Assembly (NCBI GenBank): GCA_951406725.2
Contig: OX597822.1
Span: forward strand, 49,724,001 to 49,788,000
From: Octopus vulgaris
Taxonomy: Eukaryota
Reading direction: 5' to 3'
DNA length: 64,000 nt
The notes below the pieces were generated by a model that was given only the letters and a program-made list of their open reading frames with translations, ran no database searches and was not told where the DNA came from. The stretch's first letter is position 1; each line of letters opens with the position of its first letter. Shown one piece after another: positions 12,959 to 28,228 of the stretch. Both the position numbers and the translations under genes were made by a program.

Positions 12959-13198
12959 AACTTCAACTTAGCTTCATATGTATGCGTAACATGAAGTAAT
13001 CCAGTTCTGAACACTTGATCGCTCAAGGGACGTTAAAATAAGTAGCTAAAATAATTCGTAGTGCTACACTAAAATGTGAAAATAGCAGTATTTTTATTCC
13101 TGCTTTGACACTGTACTGAACACCGCTAGCTGACATAATACAGATTACATAAGAACGTAATTAGATATAACAAATGTGTATATACATACATACATACA

Positions 13199-13250
<52 letters not shown>

Positions 13251-13461
13251 GTTCAAATTTATAGAAAAACTAAGACGAAGATAGGTGCAGGAACAACAAG
13301 CAAGTTAGTTTGATGCGCAGGAAAAATGGAAAAGTATTTACGTTTCGAGCCTATACTCTTCGACAGAAAGGAATAAAAAGAAATAGCTAGAGAATGAAAA
13401 AAGACCATTTTGAGTCCAGTGGCGATTGATGCATTATATGGCAAATGCTGCATTATATGTA

Positions 13462-14352
13462 CAAGGTGTGCAGGCTAACAGTGACAATTTGCATGTTAGT
13501 AACAGAAGACACAATGTCCCATGCAAAAATAAATGTATTTTCAAAATAAAAAAAAAAATATCAAGTAAATTATAGCTGGGAGATAACAATTTACTCAAAT
13601 AACCTTCCCCAAATACCACCACTCCTTAAAACACTTCCGGAACGTTTTGCATGCTTTCCTCCCTGTGCTCCTGGAAGGAATCTTCAATCACTTCTTGGAT
13701 TTTGGCCAACAGCTATGTTGGCCAACATCCAAGCAATGCGGTTGGTGTCTTTCTCAACTATATTCCACACATAGTAATATATGGGATTGCAAGCAAGGGA
13801 ATTAGGAAGATAGAAATTTGGGGATTCCGAAATAGAAACTTTCCGACAAATGCCTCTGACTCTTTTAGGAGGTATTGCAAAGTGTTGAAACCTGCTGCCA
13901 CACATACGACTTGCCACCAGCAATCATCTCCAGCCAGCGATTAATGTCAGTCTCCAGTCGTCTGAATTGGGCCTAAGACTCTGTTCAAAGATGTGGGAAT
14001 AATTACGGCGAGAAAACGTAGTCGTAACTCCTACTGTGTCTCTTCCTACTGGTTACGGTTTTGTAGTCTCAGTTGCAACTACTTATATCAAGTATTACAG
14101 TCTTTACAGTGTTCAAAGAACTTAGAGCAGCCGTCATGATGTAGGCATTTTGACACCCGGTGCGAATCATCATGATACAGGAAACTCGTTCCCAACATTC
14201 AGATGGTTTCCAATCCTTCATGTCAGCTAACTTTTTCCCAACTACAAATTTAATCTTAATGCTCTCCAATGCCGTTGATTGTTAACCAATACATCCAGGT
14301 TGCCTTCAAGAAAGGAAATCTAAAAATCGTAAAATATAGCCCGAACACCCTG
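13462..14352 (-). mobile_element. Internally deleted Tc1/mariner element, maT (DD37D)-like
   Basis: Imperfect TIRs CAAGGTGTGCAGGCTA / TAGCCCGAACACCCTG with TA on the left flank. Minus strand YVWQQV..SPNFYLPNSLACNPIYYYVWNIVEKDTN and GEGY correspond to degraded QQD..WPPNSPDxNPLDY. Confidence 0.75.
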
Positions 14353-14355
14353 TGC

Positions 14356-14402
<47 letters not shown>

Positions 14403-14429
14403 TTGTATATGTACCTACGTATTTTGTAT

Positions 14430-14798
14430 TCTTTTCTTCTATTAGTTGTTTTAATCTTTTGACTACGGCCATGCTGGAGCACCCTCTTGAAGGGTTTTAG
14501 TCGAAAAAAATCGACACCAGAACCTATTTCCCGAGCCTAGAACTTATTCCGTCGTTATCTTTTGACGGACGGTTAAGTTACGGAGATGTAAACACACCGA
14601 TACCGATTGTCAAGCGGTGATAGGGGGACAAACACAGACACAACCACACACACACACACACAAACACGGACACACGCATATAATAGCTACCAAATCCATT
14701 CACAAGGCATCGGTCGGCCCGTGGCTATAGTAGAAGACACTTCCCCAAGGTCTGAATCGGGAAACGTATTGTTGGCACGCAAGCTTCTTAACCACGCG
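14430..14798 (-). mobile_element. Family A SINE
   Basis: CGGCCATGCTGGAGCACC..GTCAAGCGGTG..(CA)n..CTACCAAATCCA..GGCTATAGTAGAAGACAC. Confidence 0.8.
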
Positions 14799-14879
14799 TA
14801 TATAAACCATAGTGAGGTACCACTTTGAAGAATCTTATTTATTCGTCAAACGAATCTACTCAAGGATTTAACATATTTC

Positions 14880-14995
14880 AAAGTCTGGTATTTATTCTAT
14901 CGGTTCCTTGTGGCGAACTAGTAAGTTACCGGGACAGAAACACACCACCAACACCAGTTGTCAAGCAGGCATACAAACATGCGCATGTGCACACG

Positions 14996-15040
<45 letters not shown>

Positions 15041-15185
15041 GGCGCTTTTTTCAGTTTCCATCTACCAAACCCATTAAAGTCTTCGGTCGGCCCGCGGCTA
15101 ATGTAGAAGATGCCACGCAGTATGTCTGAACCCGGAACCATGTGGATGGGATTCAAACTCCTTACCACATAGTTACATCTGCGCT
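14880..15185 (-). mobile_element. Family A SINE lacking its 3' end
   Basis: ATTCTATCGG..GTTGTCAAGC..(CA)n..CAGTTTCCATCTACCAAA..CCCGGAACCATGTGG. Confidence 0.75.
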
Positions 15186-17096
15186 TATCTATCAATTTAC
15201 CTATCTATCTAACTATCTATATTTCTATCGATCTATATCTATCTATCTATTTATGTATTTATATATATATATATGTTATATATGTATGTATATATATATA
15301 TATATATGTGTTTGTGTGTGTGCGTATATGTACCTTTTTTTATAAATCCGGAAGAACATTCCAACGATTAAAATGTGCATAAAAATCTATACGATTCCGA
15401 CATGAAAAAAAAACGTTCACTTTGATTAATCTGGAGACACCTGATCGCAATATGTGTGGACGATATCGATGAAGTTGCTAGTAAAGATCGAATAATCAAT
15501 ACTTCCTTGTAGTCATTTTCTTATCAGTCGTAACATTTAATTGGTTATGGCCAGTTCTTATCCATGCAAAAATATTGTCGTTTTCTGTTTGATTTAGTCC
15601 CTTCATATAATAGCTGAAATTATTTCAATTGACGGCAAATTTGTACAAAACTCTCTGTCATTTCTGCAACACATCGTTACTGAATTGATTGCAATCGCTA
15701 AGAAATTTCTCTATAGAAATCTCCCTCGCCAAGAAAATTAATTAACCTGATGACTAACTAAGCTGCATAATTTATCAGTTCGCTCAAGCGGAAGCCACTT
15801 TTTGCCTTTGATACGTTTGCCAACGTGACAATTGAATGAGTTCGTGATCGAGAAGCGTGTCGTCAATTTAAAAGTAACCATAGTAAACGAGAAGATGCAG
15901 CAACAGTTATGGTTTACCAACTGGAAACTGTTGAACATGTCAATTACGGAAATTATATTGTGCTATAGCTTGCTATACTATAACACTGGAGGAACGACAC
16001 ATAATAGCTTCTCAAATATTCAATGTTCATTTTCCTTCTGTTAATTTCTCTCAGATAATTTGGTCTATGGTAACAGACCTTTTTAGTTTACGGTACAATG
16101 TCTTGCAAATGAGTGCAAGAGAGTGCCATAATTGTGAGTGAGTACTTTTCAAGTTACAACCTGGTTCGTATTTAAATTTTAGTTTAAATCTTATTCTATC
16201 AAACTGTATAGAATCTCAAGCAAGATAAGTTCATGGTTTCGAAGCTACATTTATTTGGATTTCATTTGTGATTCCCGGGTTTACTTTAGTGTATTTAGAT
16301 TTATTTCGCATGCGTTTTCTAATTTGCACTATACATTGTGGGGATGTGTGGTTATTGTGCTGGTTAGTATGTACGGGGGTCGTTGTACTCACTGTATTGT
16401 GTGCGGGTGTTGTGTTGACAATAAAGTGTGAAGGGAAAATAAAGCGTGTATGGAATGTCGTTAACACGAGAGTTTGTTGTGTGCATTTGTGTAGAATTTA
16501 TGCTGCTAAGTGTTTGTTTCTGTAAATATGTGTGTGTGTATGTGTGTATGTGTATGTGTGTGTGTGTATGTGTGCGTGTGTGTGTGTTCTGCAGAAAATA
16601 GAATGTTTGAATTGTACTATTGAAGAAAATTCCCTTGCGTGCTACTTGACTTTTCTTTAGCAGTGATATTTTCTAGGCTGCGCAAGGTTGTGCGATCTAG
16701 CATCATTGTTACATTTGTGATTAGCTGTTTTGCTATCATATGAAGTACATATTTTTGTTTAGTATCCTGTACACTGGTTCATCTTGCATAGCTATTGTTC
16801 CAGTTGATATTGACATTCTTATCTGTAACATACACCCAAATACACCTAAATGTTCCACTCTGAAACTAAAGAAGAAAAATTATTTCGTCACATCTTAGAA
16901 AATAGGGGCAGAATTTCGGCCCCTTCAGACCCTCCTGCTATAGAAGGGTCTAAATTTAACAATTGAAACTTAAGAAAATATTCACGGTTGCAAAAAATAT
17001 TCCAAGTTCAAAACATACCAAATGGGAATGCCTTTACAATATTTATAGACACTAGTGTTGTTATAGGCTGGAATGTGACTATTTATTTTACATATA

Positions 17097-17210
17097 ATCT
17101 ATCTATCTTTCTATCTATCTAGTTGTCTGTCTGTCTGTCTATCTATCTGTCTAGTTGCCTGCCTATCTGTCTGTCTGTCTGTCTGTCTGTATATATGTCT
17201 GTCTGTCTGT

Positions 17211-17281
<71 letters not shown>
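17097..17281. repeat. (TCTG)n/(TATC)n compound microsatellite
   Basis: Direct reading. Confidence 0.9.
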
Positions 17282-18859
17282 GCTATCTTGTTAAAATAAC
17301 AGCTGGAGCGATTGTACATTCTTATTTCTTTAAAATTCTTTAAGCATAACCTTAATAGCAGGGTACACACGCACACGCATATACACGCATACACACACAC
17401 ACACTGATGCGCACGCACGTATACACATATACTCGTACATACAGATATATGTGTATGAACGTGTGCATGTGTTTGTGTGTGTGAATGTTTGCGCATGTCA
17501 GGCACTCAAGAAAAAACAAAGAGAAATCATGAAGATAGATGGTGGGAGGTATGTATTTGTTCAGTCGTTGATCATAATCCCTTCAATAAAATCTTCACAT
17601 AAAATGCATTTCAAACAAAAATATTTGCCATAGTTACACAATGGCCTCCTAATCCTTCTGCAATAAAAAAAATGTGTTTCTCTCTAAAATACAGCCAAAT
17701 CACACATTGTCCAAAAACGAACTCACGTTGTAATGCATTAACAACTCTATTTCGACTACAAATCAAAATATTCAAGTAACATCAAGTAAATATGCTCTCC
17801 ATTGTTCAACAAATAATCCATACCGTTACACTAGTAACCCCTATCTACTGTCGTGATTTACATGTCTTTTTTCTTGAATGCCGGAAACAAAAACATGTAT
17901 GACTGTAGATTCCTTTTTATAATCATGTTTCAATATCTTTGAATGACATGAAACAGCTTTGCACTCTCTGTAGCTACCACGTTTTAAGAAATGGTATCAA
18001 ATTCTCTATGTAGTTATTGGCCTACATTGTCCCCAGTAACAGATACTATATTAGCTACAAGTTTTGACGATCTCTAAACACAGATAAACAGGCTAACAAA
18101 ATGTTGGAGCATAATAACGATTTTTCGAATAAGAATATATAACAAAATTTGTTTTTCAAATAGACATATATACATTAGATTCTTAACAAAAATAGTATAA
18201 CTTTATTCGAAGAATCGTATGCTGTGCACACTTCTCAATCATAAAACAAATCTTGTTAGTTCAAGCAGAAAAAAAGAAACAATAGTTTTTAAAATAAAAA
18301 AAAGTAACACATATAGATAAGCCGAATGTCAAGACTAAAATTTTATACCATTTAGAACACGACACCTAACAACATTATTTGCTAAATACTATCACCACTA
18401 ACTACAAATAGTTAATAAAATAATATGAACAGGATCATTAAACACAACAAAAGAATCATCATCTATAAATGGATAACATAGTGGATCTTCTTTCCCACAG
18501 ACATTTTACATTACCTTTAAAGACAACAACCGTATAAACATAATGAATGATTAACCCTAACAAATTTAATGTCGGTATAATATATAAATACGTGTTTCGA
18601 TCTTACCGAAAATGAAATTATTGTGCAAGCTATGTCTTTTGTCTTATCGAGACTTATAAGCAAAAACTGAAATCCAGGCAGAGCTATTGTCCTAGTTTGT
18701 TGGATACCTCTTGACACTAAAGTGGTATTTCACAACTCAAGTGATTCAAGCGTTAACACTTCAAACTATAAATTCAAGTACAACTTCATCTGAAGACATT
18801 TAAAATTTACATTAACAGCGCTTGAATACTTTTGTGTAACTAAATGCAATAAAATAGCC

Positions 18860-19490
18860 TACTATTTTTTTGTATTCTTCATAGTTTTAATCCGTTTCCT
18901 GTCGAACATTACTTTGTCTTGGTAGTTTTTCCAACATTTAATCTAATTGTCCTCTGAATGCACCAACGATTGTTTTTCATAGAACATAGAGTTGGATTCC
19001 TCCATGTAATTCCTCCATTTTCACAAGAAGACAAGTTCCTATTCACCATAGAGGCGCTCCATATTCCATTAGATGAAGATACAAAAATTAAAGATGGATT
19101 CCTCACCAGAGAACATTTTTACTACGTTAGAGATATTTTCTTCTTCATAGTTCCACTAAGTTTTTCTTTTTTAATATATGCATGCTATTTTCGTTTTCTT
19201 TTTTTACTAAATACATGTCTGCCAATCCACTTCGGCCACAATTTACTACTTATTCTCAACCGACACGATGCTACTGTTGTGAAAGTGTGTATGGCAGTCC
19301 CTTAGTTCCAGTTGTTGTTGCTTGGCGCCACTTCGAATAAATCCATTTGTTGTTTTAGAAGTTATGAACAGAAAGACCTGAAGTAGATTTTATTGCTACC
19401 AGTTAAGTAGCTGTCACTCCTGACTTGGATATTGAGTTTTAAGGCCTTAGTCTCCACCCACTCTACAGGGCACAATTTCGGGAATGTTTT
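18860..19490 (-). mobile_element. Decayed Tc1-like transposase remnant
   Basis: Minus-strand RSG(R)P..TT..D linker (~19335), MFSGEES (~FSDES, ~19115), GIWR and GG segments in Tc1 order; heavily frameshifted. Confidence 0.4.
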
Positions 19491-19519
19491 TCATCTTGTG
19501 AAGTCCTGAGACCTTTTAT

Positions 19520-19735
19520 GTATAATCTTCCTACTGTAGGCACAAGGGCTGGATTTTTGTGGTCAAGTGGGCGATCAATCACGTCGACCCAAGTACTTGA
19601 CTGGTATTTAATTTATCGACCCCGAAAGGATAAAAGGCAAAGTCGACCTTGGACAAATTTGAACACAGAACGTAGCGACCGGCGAAATACTGCTAAGCAT
19701 TTCGTCCAGCGTGTTAACGATTCTGCATCTCTCTG
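19520..19735 (-). mobile_element. Family B Meta-SINE
   Basis: CTGGTATTTAATTTATCGACCCCGAAAGGATAAAAGGCAAAGTCGACC is the reverse complement of the Meta-like core. Confidence 0.85.
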
Positions 19736-20283
19736 CTTTGACGTGTTATGTATATGTTGATCCTACATGATCACGTATCCCCTCACTCACACACTCACAG
19801 ACAAATCACAATGACGCGCGCGCGCTCCTACCTCTCACAGGCAAATGCACACAAATTTTCGACGGGGCGCTCCATATTTTCTGATACTAAATTCCAATAA
19901 TATTGTTAATGCAAAATTCCCTTTGCAATGGTATTAATAAAACCTCATATTTCAAAGAGAAAATAGTAATAGTTGAATGGTTAATAATTTCTTCTAAAAT
20001 TGTATTTTCCATATGCATCTTGTCATTATGATAATAATCAAATGTACTTTTGTTTGCGAATGAAATTCAAAATAATCAGTCACATTTATAACAATAGAGC
20101 AGACATTCGTAAGGCTCATAGTTATAAATGTATTTTATATTTATTTTCATGTATTTTATTAAACCAAATGCCACTTCATATCTAATCAACTTCATATTTG
20201 CTAAAATCGCCTATATTTCATGTTTGAAACAATGGTATAAATATTTAAGGTTCACACTTTATCAAGACTTATAGTAAAATTAC

Positions 20284-20287
<4 letters not shown>

Positions 20288-20332
<45 letters not shown>

Positions 20333-20369
20333 CATACACATATGCATATACATATATATATATATGTAC

Positions 20370-20400
<31 letters not shown>

Positions 20401-20411
20401 TACATAACACA

Positions 20412-20457
<46 letters not shown>

Positions 20458-20475
20458 AACACACATACACACATA
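20288..20475. repeat. (CA)n/(TA)n compound microsatellite
   Basis: Direct reading. Confidence 0.9.
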
Positions 20476-22290
20476 TTTATACGAAGTGTTGTAAAGAAGA
20501 TCTGATGCAATGACACTGATGTCATGTTAGCGTTCTTATATGAAGATACATAATAGTACAAAGAAAGAAAATTAGTAGGAAATGCTGGAGCAAATAAATA
20601 TAAGAAATATAACTTTACGGGTAGCGACATAAACATTTAGTTATAAAAATAAATTTGATGACATTAAACGTGATCTGGAAATTAATCATATGCGGCAAGG
20701 TATCAATTTAACTGCTAACCTATTGCACAGAGGGTCATCCGAGCCACACTGCGTAACTCTAATAAAGCAACAGGGAAAAGAGTTTGACATGGTCTAAACT
20801 GATGCTAGTTTTATTTATTTTCAGTTCATTGATTTTTCATGAATCTTCACCTGAAACGAATTACCAAATAATTATGATTTGCAGAGCGTTAAATAACTCT
20901 GCGAATTTAGTTGGTTACTAGTTCATTATTGTTTAAGTAATTAATATCAACATACTTTGAAATATATTTTTCTCCTCTCAGTGTTTAACCTAGACACTCA
21001 TGAAAAATCAATCTAAAATCAGTGGTTAGTCATCCATATGCTTATGTGACAAAATCGCCTATATTTCATGTTTGAAACAATGGTATAAATATTTAAGGTT
21101 CCCAACATGAAATGGATATTAAGCTTCAAGTATGTGAACAGAGCAAATGCGGCACTTTGTTAAAATGCTCGATTCACATCCCGTATAAGTAAATTTATAT
21201 ATCACCAGCACAACTCCTGCCCTCAAATGGAATATGTATATTGGTTGCCCACCCATTATACTGCCACAATTAATATGATGATTAATAATCAATATTTATA
21301 AGCAAGACTAAATCAAGATTGGAATAGTTTCTGATTAATGGTGTTTCTGATTGCATTTAAGCCCATTATACACTGTATAATCTCCTAAATGTTTAAACTT
21401 TTTCTCTACACACAACGCTCCTGTTTATTCTTCTATAATTGGGTTTCTTTCTTTCTATGTTATGTTATAGTCCTTTATCGATATCAATATCTCATTATAA
21501 TAATAGTTGATATAAATTTTAGTTGAGTGGTTGATTCTCCACTCACCCTTTACATCGAATAGAGGGCGAGATACAACGTAAAAGAGAGATACAGAGAGAA
21601 TTAAGTCGAGTACGCATGCCAGGCTTAGCGCCACGCAAAACGTAAATGACACTAGACACACCTACACAGACTCAGGGAAAAAGAGTCAAAGACAGAGGGG
21701 TGGGAGAAAATGGGTGTGCGACAGGTGATACAGATGAAAAATAAGGTGAAGTATTCTTCGTAGACAAAATATAACAGCGATGAGTGTATTCATTTTCGAG
21801 TGAATGAATATGTACCTCATAGCTTTAATTTATGTAGATATACTTTGAGATAATGATTTTTTAAAGATTAGTATTGGTTTTATCATTTTGTTTCAACATC
21901 AAAATATTCGATACAAGTTAAATCATAATTATTGTATGTCGGCGCTATTTTCTGACGTTACCATCGGCGGCAAGAGTATAGTTTCAAAGTTATGCGAGAT
22001 GAGACGAGTGAAACTGCTATTCCTATATTATTCTCATATTACACATAATTTTACTCACTTCATTATTTTCTCTTCATTGCTGTACATATCAGCTTTTATA
22101 TTATAATTCTAATATATAGATACAATATACATGTACATAACATAATTAATCCAACAGGAAAATGACAATAGTCTCAATTAGATAACATCTTACACTTTCT
22201 TGCATTAATGTATATAGATTGATACTTTTCTAAAGTGTCAGTCAATTATTAGGGAGTCTGTTAAAGTCTTAACTTCAATAATGACAATGG

Positions 22291-22666
22291 TCTCTCTCTC
22301 TCTTTACTCTTTTACTTGTTTCAGTCATTTGATTGCGGCCATGCTGGAGCACCGCCTTTAGTTGAGCAACTCGAACCCGGGACTTATTCTTTTGTAAGCC
22401 TGGTACTTATTCTATCGGTCTCTTTTGCCGAACCGCTAGGCGACGGGGACGTAAACACACCAGCATCGGTTGTCAAGCAATGCTAGGGGAACAAACACAG
22501 ACACACAGGCTTCTTTCAGTTTCCGTCTACCAAATCCACTCAGAAGGCATTGGTCGGCCCGGGGCTATAGCAGAAGACACTTGCCCAAGATGCCACGCAG
22601 TGGGGCTGGACCCGGAACCATGAGGTTGGTTAGCAAGCTACTTACCACACAGCCACTCCTGCGCCT
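22291..22666 (-). mobile_element. Full-length family A SINE (tRNA head, CORE-like block, 3' tail)
   Basis: Minus strand A-box TGGCTGTGTGG, B-box-like GGTCCAGCCCC, CORE-like GGCATCTTGGGCAAGTGTCTT and tail GAAACAAGTAAAAGAGTAAAGAGAG. Confidence 0.9.
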
Positions 22667-23197
22667 CAGTCAATAATAATAAACATAATAATAATAAAAA
22701 CGATTACTATCTTACAGTAAAGTGGTGTGTCGATTCTGGATGACCAGTCATACGCACCAGTAACATACAAAGTAATGGAAACCCACTTTAATTTCCTTTT
22801 TAGCTCATGAAAAGAATTCCGAGCTAAGAAACAACGAGCAGTTTTAGATTTCTAGTGTGTCCGTTCCATTTAAATTAAATCGGTTCTATAATTTAAGAGA
22901 TAACTCTCAAACCCATATCACAACATTAAAAAAAAAAATATCCTTTCTCTCTCAATAAGTCAGGTTACTTGAAAGCAAGTAAGGAATCTGTTTCTTGCAT
23001 CAATAGAGAAAGCTAATGGATTTTTCCAGCTGCTTCATTTTATGCTGCCAACATGCCTTTAGAAATGAAGTTTAGTAGATGAAAGTTTACATCAAAGTTC
23101 AAATGCCCGGACAAATTCTAAATGGAAATTCGTCTATATTTCTATAGAAACAAACAATTGTTCCTTACATTCCTACATGCAAATAAATATATGAGCA

Positions 23198-23198
23198 T

Positions 23199-23260
<62 letters not shown>

Positions 23261-23391
23261 AATGTGTGTATACGTATACATAAACACACACACACACTAT
23301 ATACATGCATATATATATATACATATGTATATATACACATATATACACACAAACATATGTATAATATATATACATATATATACATATACAA

Positions 23392-23441
<50 letters not shown>
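23198..23441. repeat. (TA)n/(CA)n compound microsatellite
   Basis: Direct reading. Confidence 0.9.
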
Positions 23442-23445
<4 letters not shown>

Positions 23446-24349
23446 GTTTTGCTTAGGCATAGCAATACTATTAATCTCCATATACCTATTTAATTTATAG
23501 TAGTGTTAAGAGAGTACAGTGCGTAATATCAATTAATGAATGTGAATAAAACAAGAGTTACATAATCTCATCCAGTATCTTTCGGTTTCTGTTAAAAGAT
23601 GCATTGTACTCAAAGATGAGTGCATCTGTATCATTCTTAGCTTCCAAAAGGCCATTAAAATGCAAGTTTATTTCCGAAAGGAGTTAAATTGCTTTTCGCA
23701 ATGGAAACACATTACATCACAATGGCTCCGAAGATGCTACTGCCTGTAACCCCCTTGGAGATATAAAATGTAACCGCATAACTACGAAAGGAATGTTTCT
23801 GATACCGTTTGCTGAAATGAAGGTGTCGTGGTATTGACTAACAGTAGTTTAGAAATCTCTCTACATTTAAACGGCAAAATGTCTGCGCCGGATCATAGTG
23901 CTAGTCTAAAATATAATGTTGAATGAATTGTAATTTAGAAACATGCCAAGAAATTATTAAGACTAAACATAGCTGAATACTCGCAAGTCTTAGATAGTGA
24001 TATGCTGAAGGAAATATATTGAAATATATATGTTTGTATGAGGAATCAAATATATGTGACACAATATATCAAGGCCTTATTTCGATGTTGATATCAGATA
24101 CTCATTTATTCATTTTGCAAGTTTGCTTTAGTTATAATCCAGTAAACTATAAGCTTGCCAATAAATTTTTCGAAAGAAAGAAATCTGCAGCTCTTTCATC
24201 TGACATGAAAGACAAGGGTAGTAGACAGAGATAAAGCATAAATGGTGAAATCTCTATTAGAAAATCCGCTTCCTTACGGTCCTAGAAAACAAGAGCATTA
24301 CTCAAACGCACACAAATGTATAACTGCATAAATACTTTCCAGACATACG

Positions 24350-24845
<496 letters not shown>

Positions 24846-25039
24846 CGTTTGTTTGTCTTTCCGTATGTCGTTCTGCCTGTCCGTCCGTCAATTCATCCCT
24901 CCATCCATACGTTACTGGAGCTGTAAAAATCTGTAAAATTTCCTAGGAGTTTATCATTTAAGTATATATGAGCGTGTCTATACATGTAACTATATGCATT
25001 AGAAGGCATACATAAAACAAGCATACAAGTCTGCACATA

Positions 25040-25126
25040 TACATACATACATGCATACATACATACATACATACATACATACATACATACATACATACAT
25101 ACATACATACATACATACATACATAC
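25040..25126. repeat. (ATAC)n microsatellite
   Basis: Direct reading. Confidence 0.95.
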
Positions 25127-26445
25127 AAAAATACTCAGTTGATGGTGAAATTCCAATGAAAGAACCTTGGAGCTAAATTAGAAATCGACTCTTACTCTAC
25201 TGGTAAGATATCTTGAAATATAACTGAATGAAGAAATACATACGTATATATGCATAATTCAATTAAATTGTTATTCAGTATGGCATGAGGTTTCATGTTA
25301 TTTTTGATCAAATTACCTATTTGTAATGTGTTTATGTAGTTCACAATAACTAGGTTGAGATATGTTACAGAACTATGTACATATGCCTGAAAATAGACTT
25401 GTCATTAGAAAAATTGTTTGTAGCACATTTTAAGGAGTTGAAAGAAAAATTATAATGTTGCTAAGTAAACGTACGACAACCTGCACTCCCTCAAATTCAC
25501 CATTCTTGATTAAGGTTTCAGCTGCAAACGCAAGTGAATATCATTGAAAACCCATAAAGTACTTGCTAGTGACTGTCATCGAAAAAACCACAAAATACTT
25601 GCTACAGAGGGATACAGTGATGTCCATGTAAAATAGACAAAGTTTTTTCTGTTTTGCACACAGATAATACAGAAAGATATGTTTTTGTATACGATGATTA
25701 CGATAGTTTTCATAAAGTTGTTTAGCTTTATTAGGTTTCTCAGTACAAAGCACTGTACTGACGTGGTTAAAATGTTATATATCATAAGTTCTGAGTTAGT
25801 TAGGCTTACGTTTAATAATTTCAGGGAATCGTCATCTCTACTCTCGTAGGGGTAACAAATGTGTGAAACGAAACTCCAATTACACATCTAACTCACTGTG
25901 TTTATTCACTCTGCATATCTGATTGTATTGTGGTTTTTGTAATCATAGTGAAAAAGGGTAGTCGTCACATTTCTTTTGTTCAAGAATTATCGAATATAAA
26001 CCTGCTGTTATATATTGTATACTGCAAATACTTTCTCCTTCGATGATTGAAAGAAAAAAATATAAATTGACGAGAGGAATGTTTAGCGAAATGCTGGATC
26101 ATTATAAAATCTGATTGGCAACACATCGCTTTACCGTCGCCATGGTTTTTAATTTCAGGTACTTTGATATTACTGAAGATAATATGAATTCGATAGATGG
26201 CAGTCAATGATTAAGCCTAGTGAATTCTCATTTCGTTTAAACTGTTATGCAATACGCCAGATGTACACCTTATGGTAATATGGTATAAAGTATTGGAATT
26301 CTTTATTGAAATAAACGTTTTCTTTCTCTTTATAATATCAATAGTTCCGTTCGACAGAGAACAAAGCTTCGAAGAAATTAATACACTTTAATTATAAAAA
26401 TCTGTAACAAACAACGTTCGCGCACCTCCACTCCCACAGTAATAT

Positions 26446-26595
<150 letters not shown>

Positions 26596-27755
26596 GCCGA
26601 GGTAGGGCGAATGACACCGCGAGTGTCGCGTTGCTCTCAAGCAACTCTGCCGTCCCGGGTCGACCTTGGACGACTCCATCACAACCAAAGCATTCTATAG
26701 AGGATTAGTGGAGGGGAGGTACGACGACGATCTTGGGGCGAACCTGGACGTCGACGAGGAATACCTGACCCGCCTGTTCGGGACGACTTTCGGGCCAGGG
26801 CCCATGGACAACTTCCAGAGATCCCTGGCCTGGCAGTGCTACCGAGGAGCGCTACTTGTTCGGGATAAGCTCTACAGACACGGCTCGAGAAACACGGGGC
26901 CGACCTGCCCGAGATGCGGTCAGAGCGACGAAACCGTTCTGCACGCACTCGTGCAGTGTCCAACAATTTCCGACCTGTGGGCTTATGTCGAACAACTGCT
27001 GTCACGTGTGGGACGAGTCGGTTTATCAGCTGAGTCTATCGTCAATATTGTCACGCCTCCTTCCTTCAAACGGGAAGGAAGAGCTATTTTCATCATCATT
27101 GTGGCTATGGCGAAAGAATGTATCAGGTGGACGCGTCTGAAAGGATTGGAGACAAACACTTTCCTCTCTGGTCAATCTCTCATCAACTTCTTCAAGTACC
27201 ACTTGAAAAGGTAATTGAGAGTAGAGAGGCAAGTTTTGTCTAGCGAATGTTTTAAAAAAAGATGGGTGAATGTAGCAAGGATGGCACGTATGAATGACGA
27301 AGCCACCTTGAGCATAATCCTATGAACCCAGAAATTGAAAACAGAGGGTTACCCACTTGCAAACAAATGTGGTAACATATAACAATATTGACCGAGGTTA
27401 CCGTGGTCCATTCGTAGGCTTTTCTACCCACGGATAAACCTTCTCTGCTTCCCCCTTTACACCGTACATCATGACACTGTGATACACGATCCCTATTGAT
27501 CATTTTTTTTCCTCTTCTTCTTTTTTCCTCTTTTTTCTTCGTTTTTCCTTTTACTTTTCTTTTGTTTCTTTTCCATTTTTCCTTTTTTATTCTTTTTTCC
27601 CTTTTACGATGCCTTTTGATCGAAAACCTACGCCACTGTATTTTTTATTTCTTTTGTTTTTTGTTTATTTCTTTTTTTTTCATCCCCCAAAAGAAAAGCT
27701 CTACCTTGTAATTTGTCCCATCTGTGTGCAGCCCTGTGTGGCCAATAAATAAACT
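26596..27755 (+). mobile_element. 5'-truncated Tx1/L1-clade non-LTR retrotransposon (ORF2 C-terminus and 3' UTR)
   Basis: GC/CpG-rich coding block with zf-RVT-like W....GAL.VR..L and CPRCGQSDETVLHALVQC; T-rich 3' UTR; AATAAATAAA then (TATC)n. Confidence 0.85.
26666..27325 (+). pseudogene. ORF2 C-terminal CCHC zinc-knuckle region with one internal stop
   Basis: ORF 26666-27214; the same frame continues LRVERQVLSSECFKKRWVNVARM.. to TGA at 27323-27325. Confidence 0.75.
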
Positions 27756-27890
27756 TATCTATCTATCTATCTATCTATTTATGCGTGTATGTATATGTAT
27801 GTATATGCGTATATGTATGTATGTATTTATGTGTATATATATATGTGTGTGTGTATGTCTCTCTCTGTATATATATATATATATATATAT

Positions 27891-28196
27891 TAGAAGAAAT
27901 GAGGTAATCAGAAGAACGGATGGTTTTTATTTACAGATATTTATTTATATATTACATTTTTTACATATATATCATATCACTTAGATCATTAGCGTTTTCT
28001 CATTAGATCATTAGCCCTTTCTCCCATTCTAGTGGGGTTTTCAAATCAAAAAATCATTTTTGATTTGAAAACCCCACTAGAATGAGAGAAAGCGCTAATG
28101 ATCTAAGTGATATGATAAATATGTAAAAAATGTAATATATAAATAAATATCTGTAAATATAAACCATCTGATCTTCTGATTACCTCATTTCTTCTA
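27891..28196. repeat. Long near-perfect palindrome (fold-back/MITE-like) within (TA)n
   Basis: Arms 27891-28052 and 28057-28196 around a 4-nt loop (ATCA). Confidence 0.9.
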
Positions 28197-28228
28197 ATAT
28201 ATAATACTTGTACATCATCTCCAAACCT

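Noticed and set aside
16900-16955. Two short hairpins resembling a piggyBac-like terminus
   Set aside because: No TTAA junction and no matching opposite end found.
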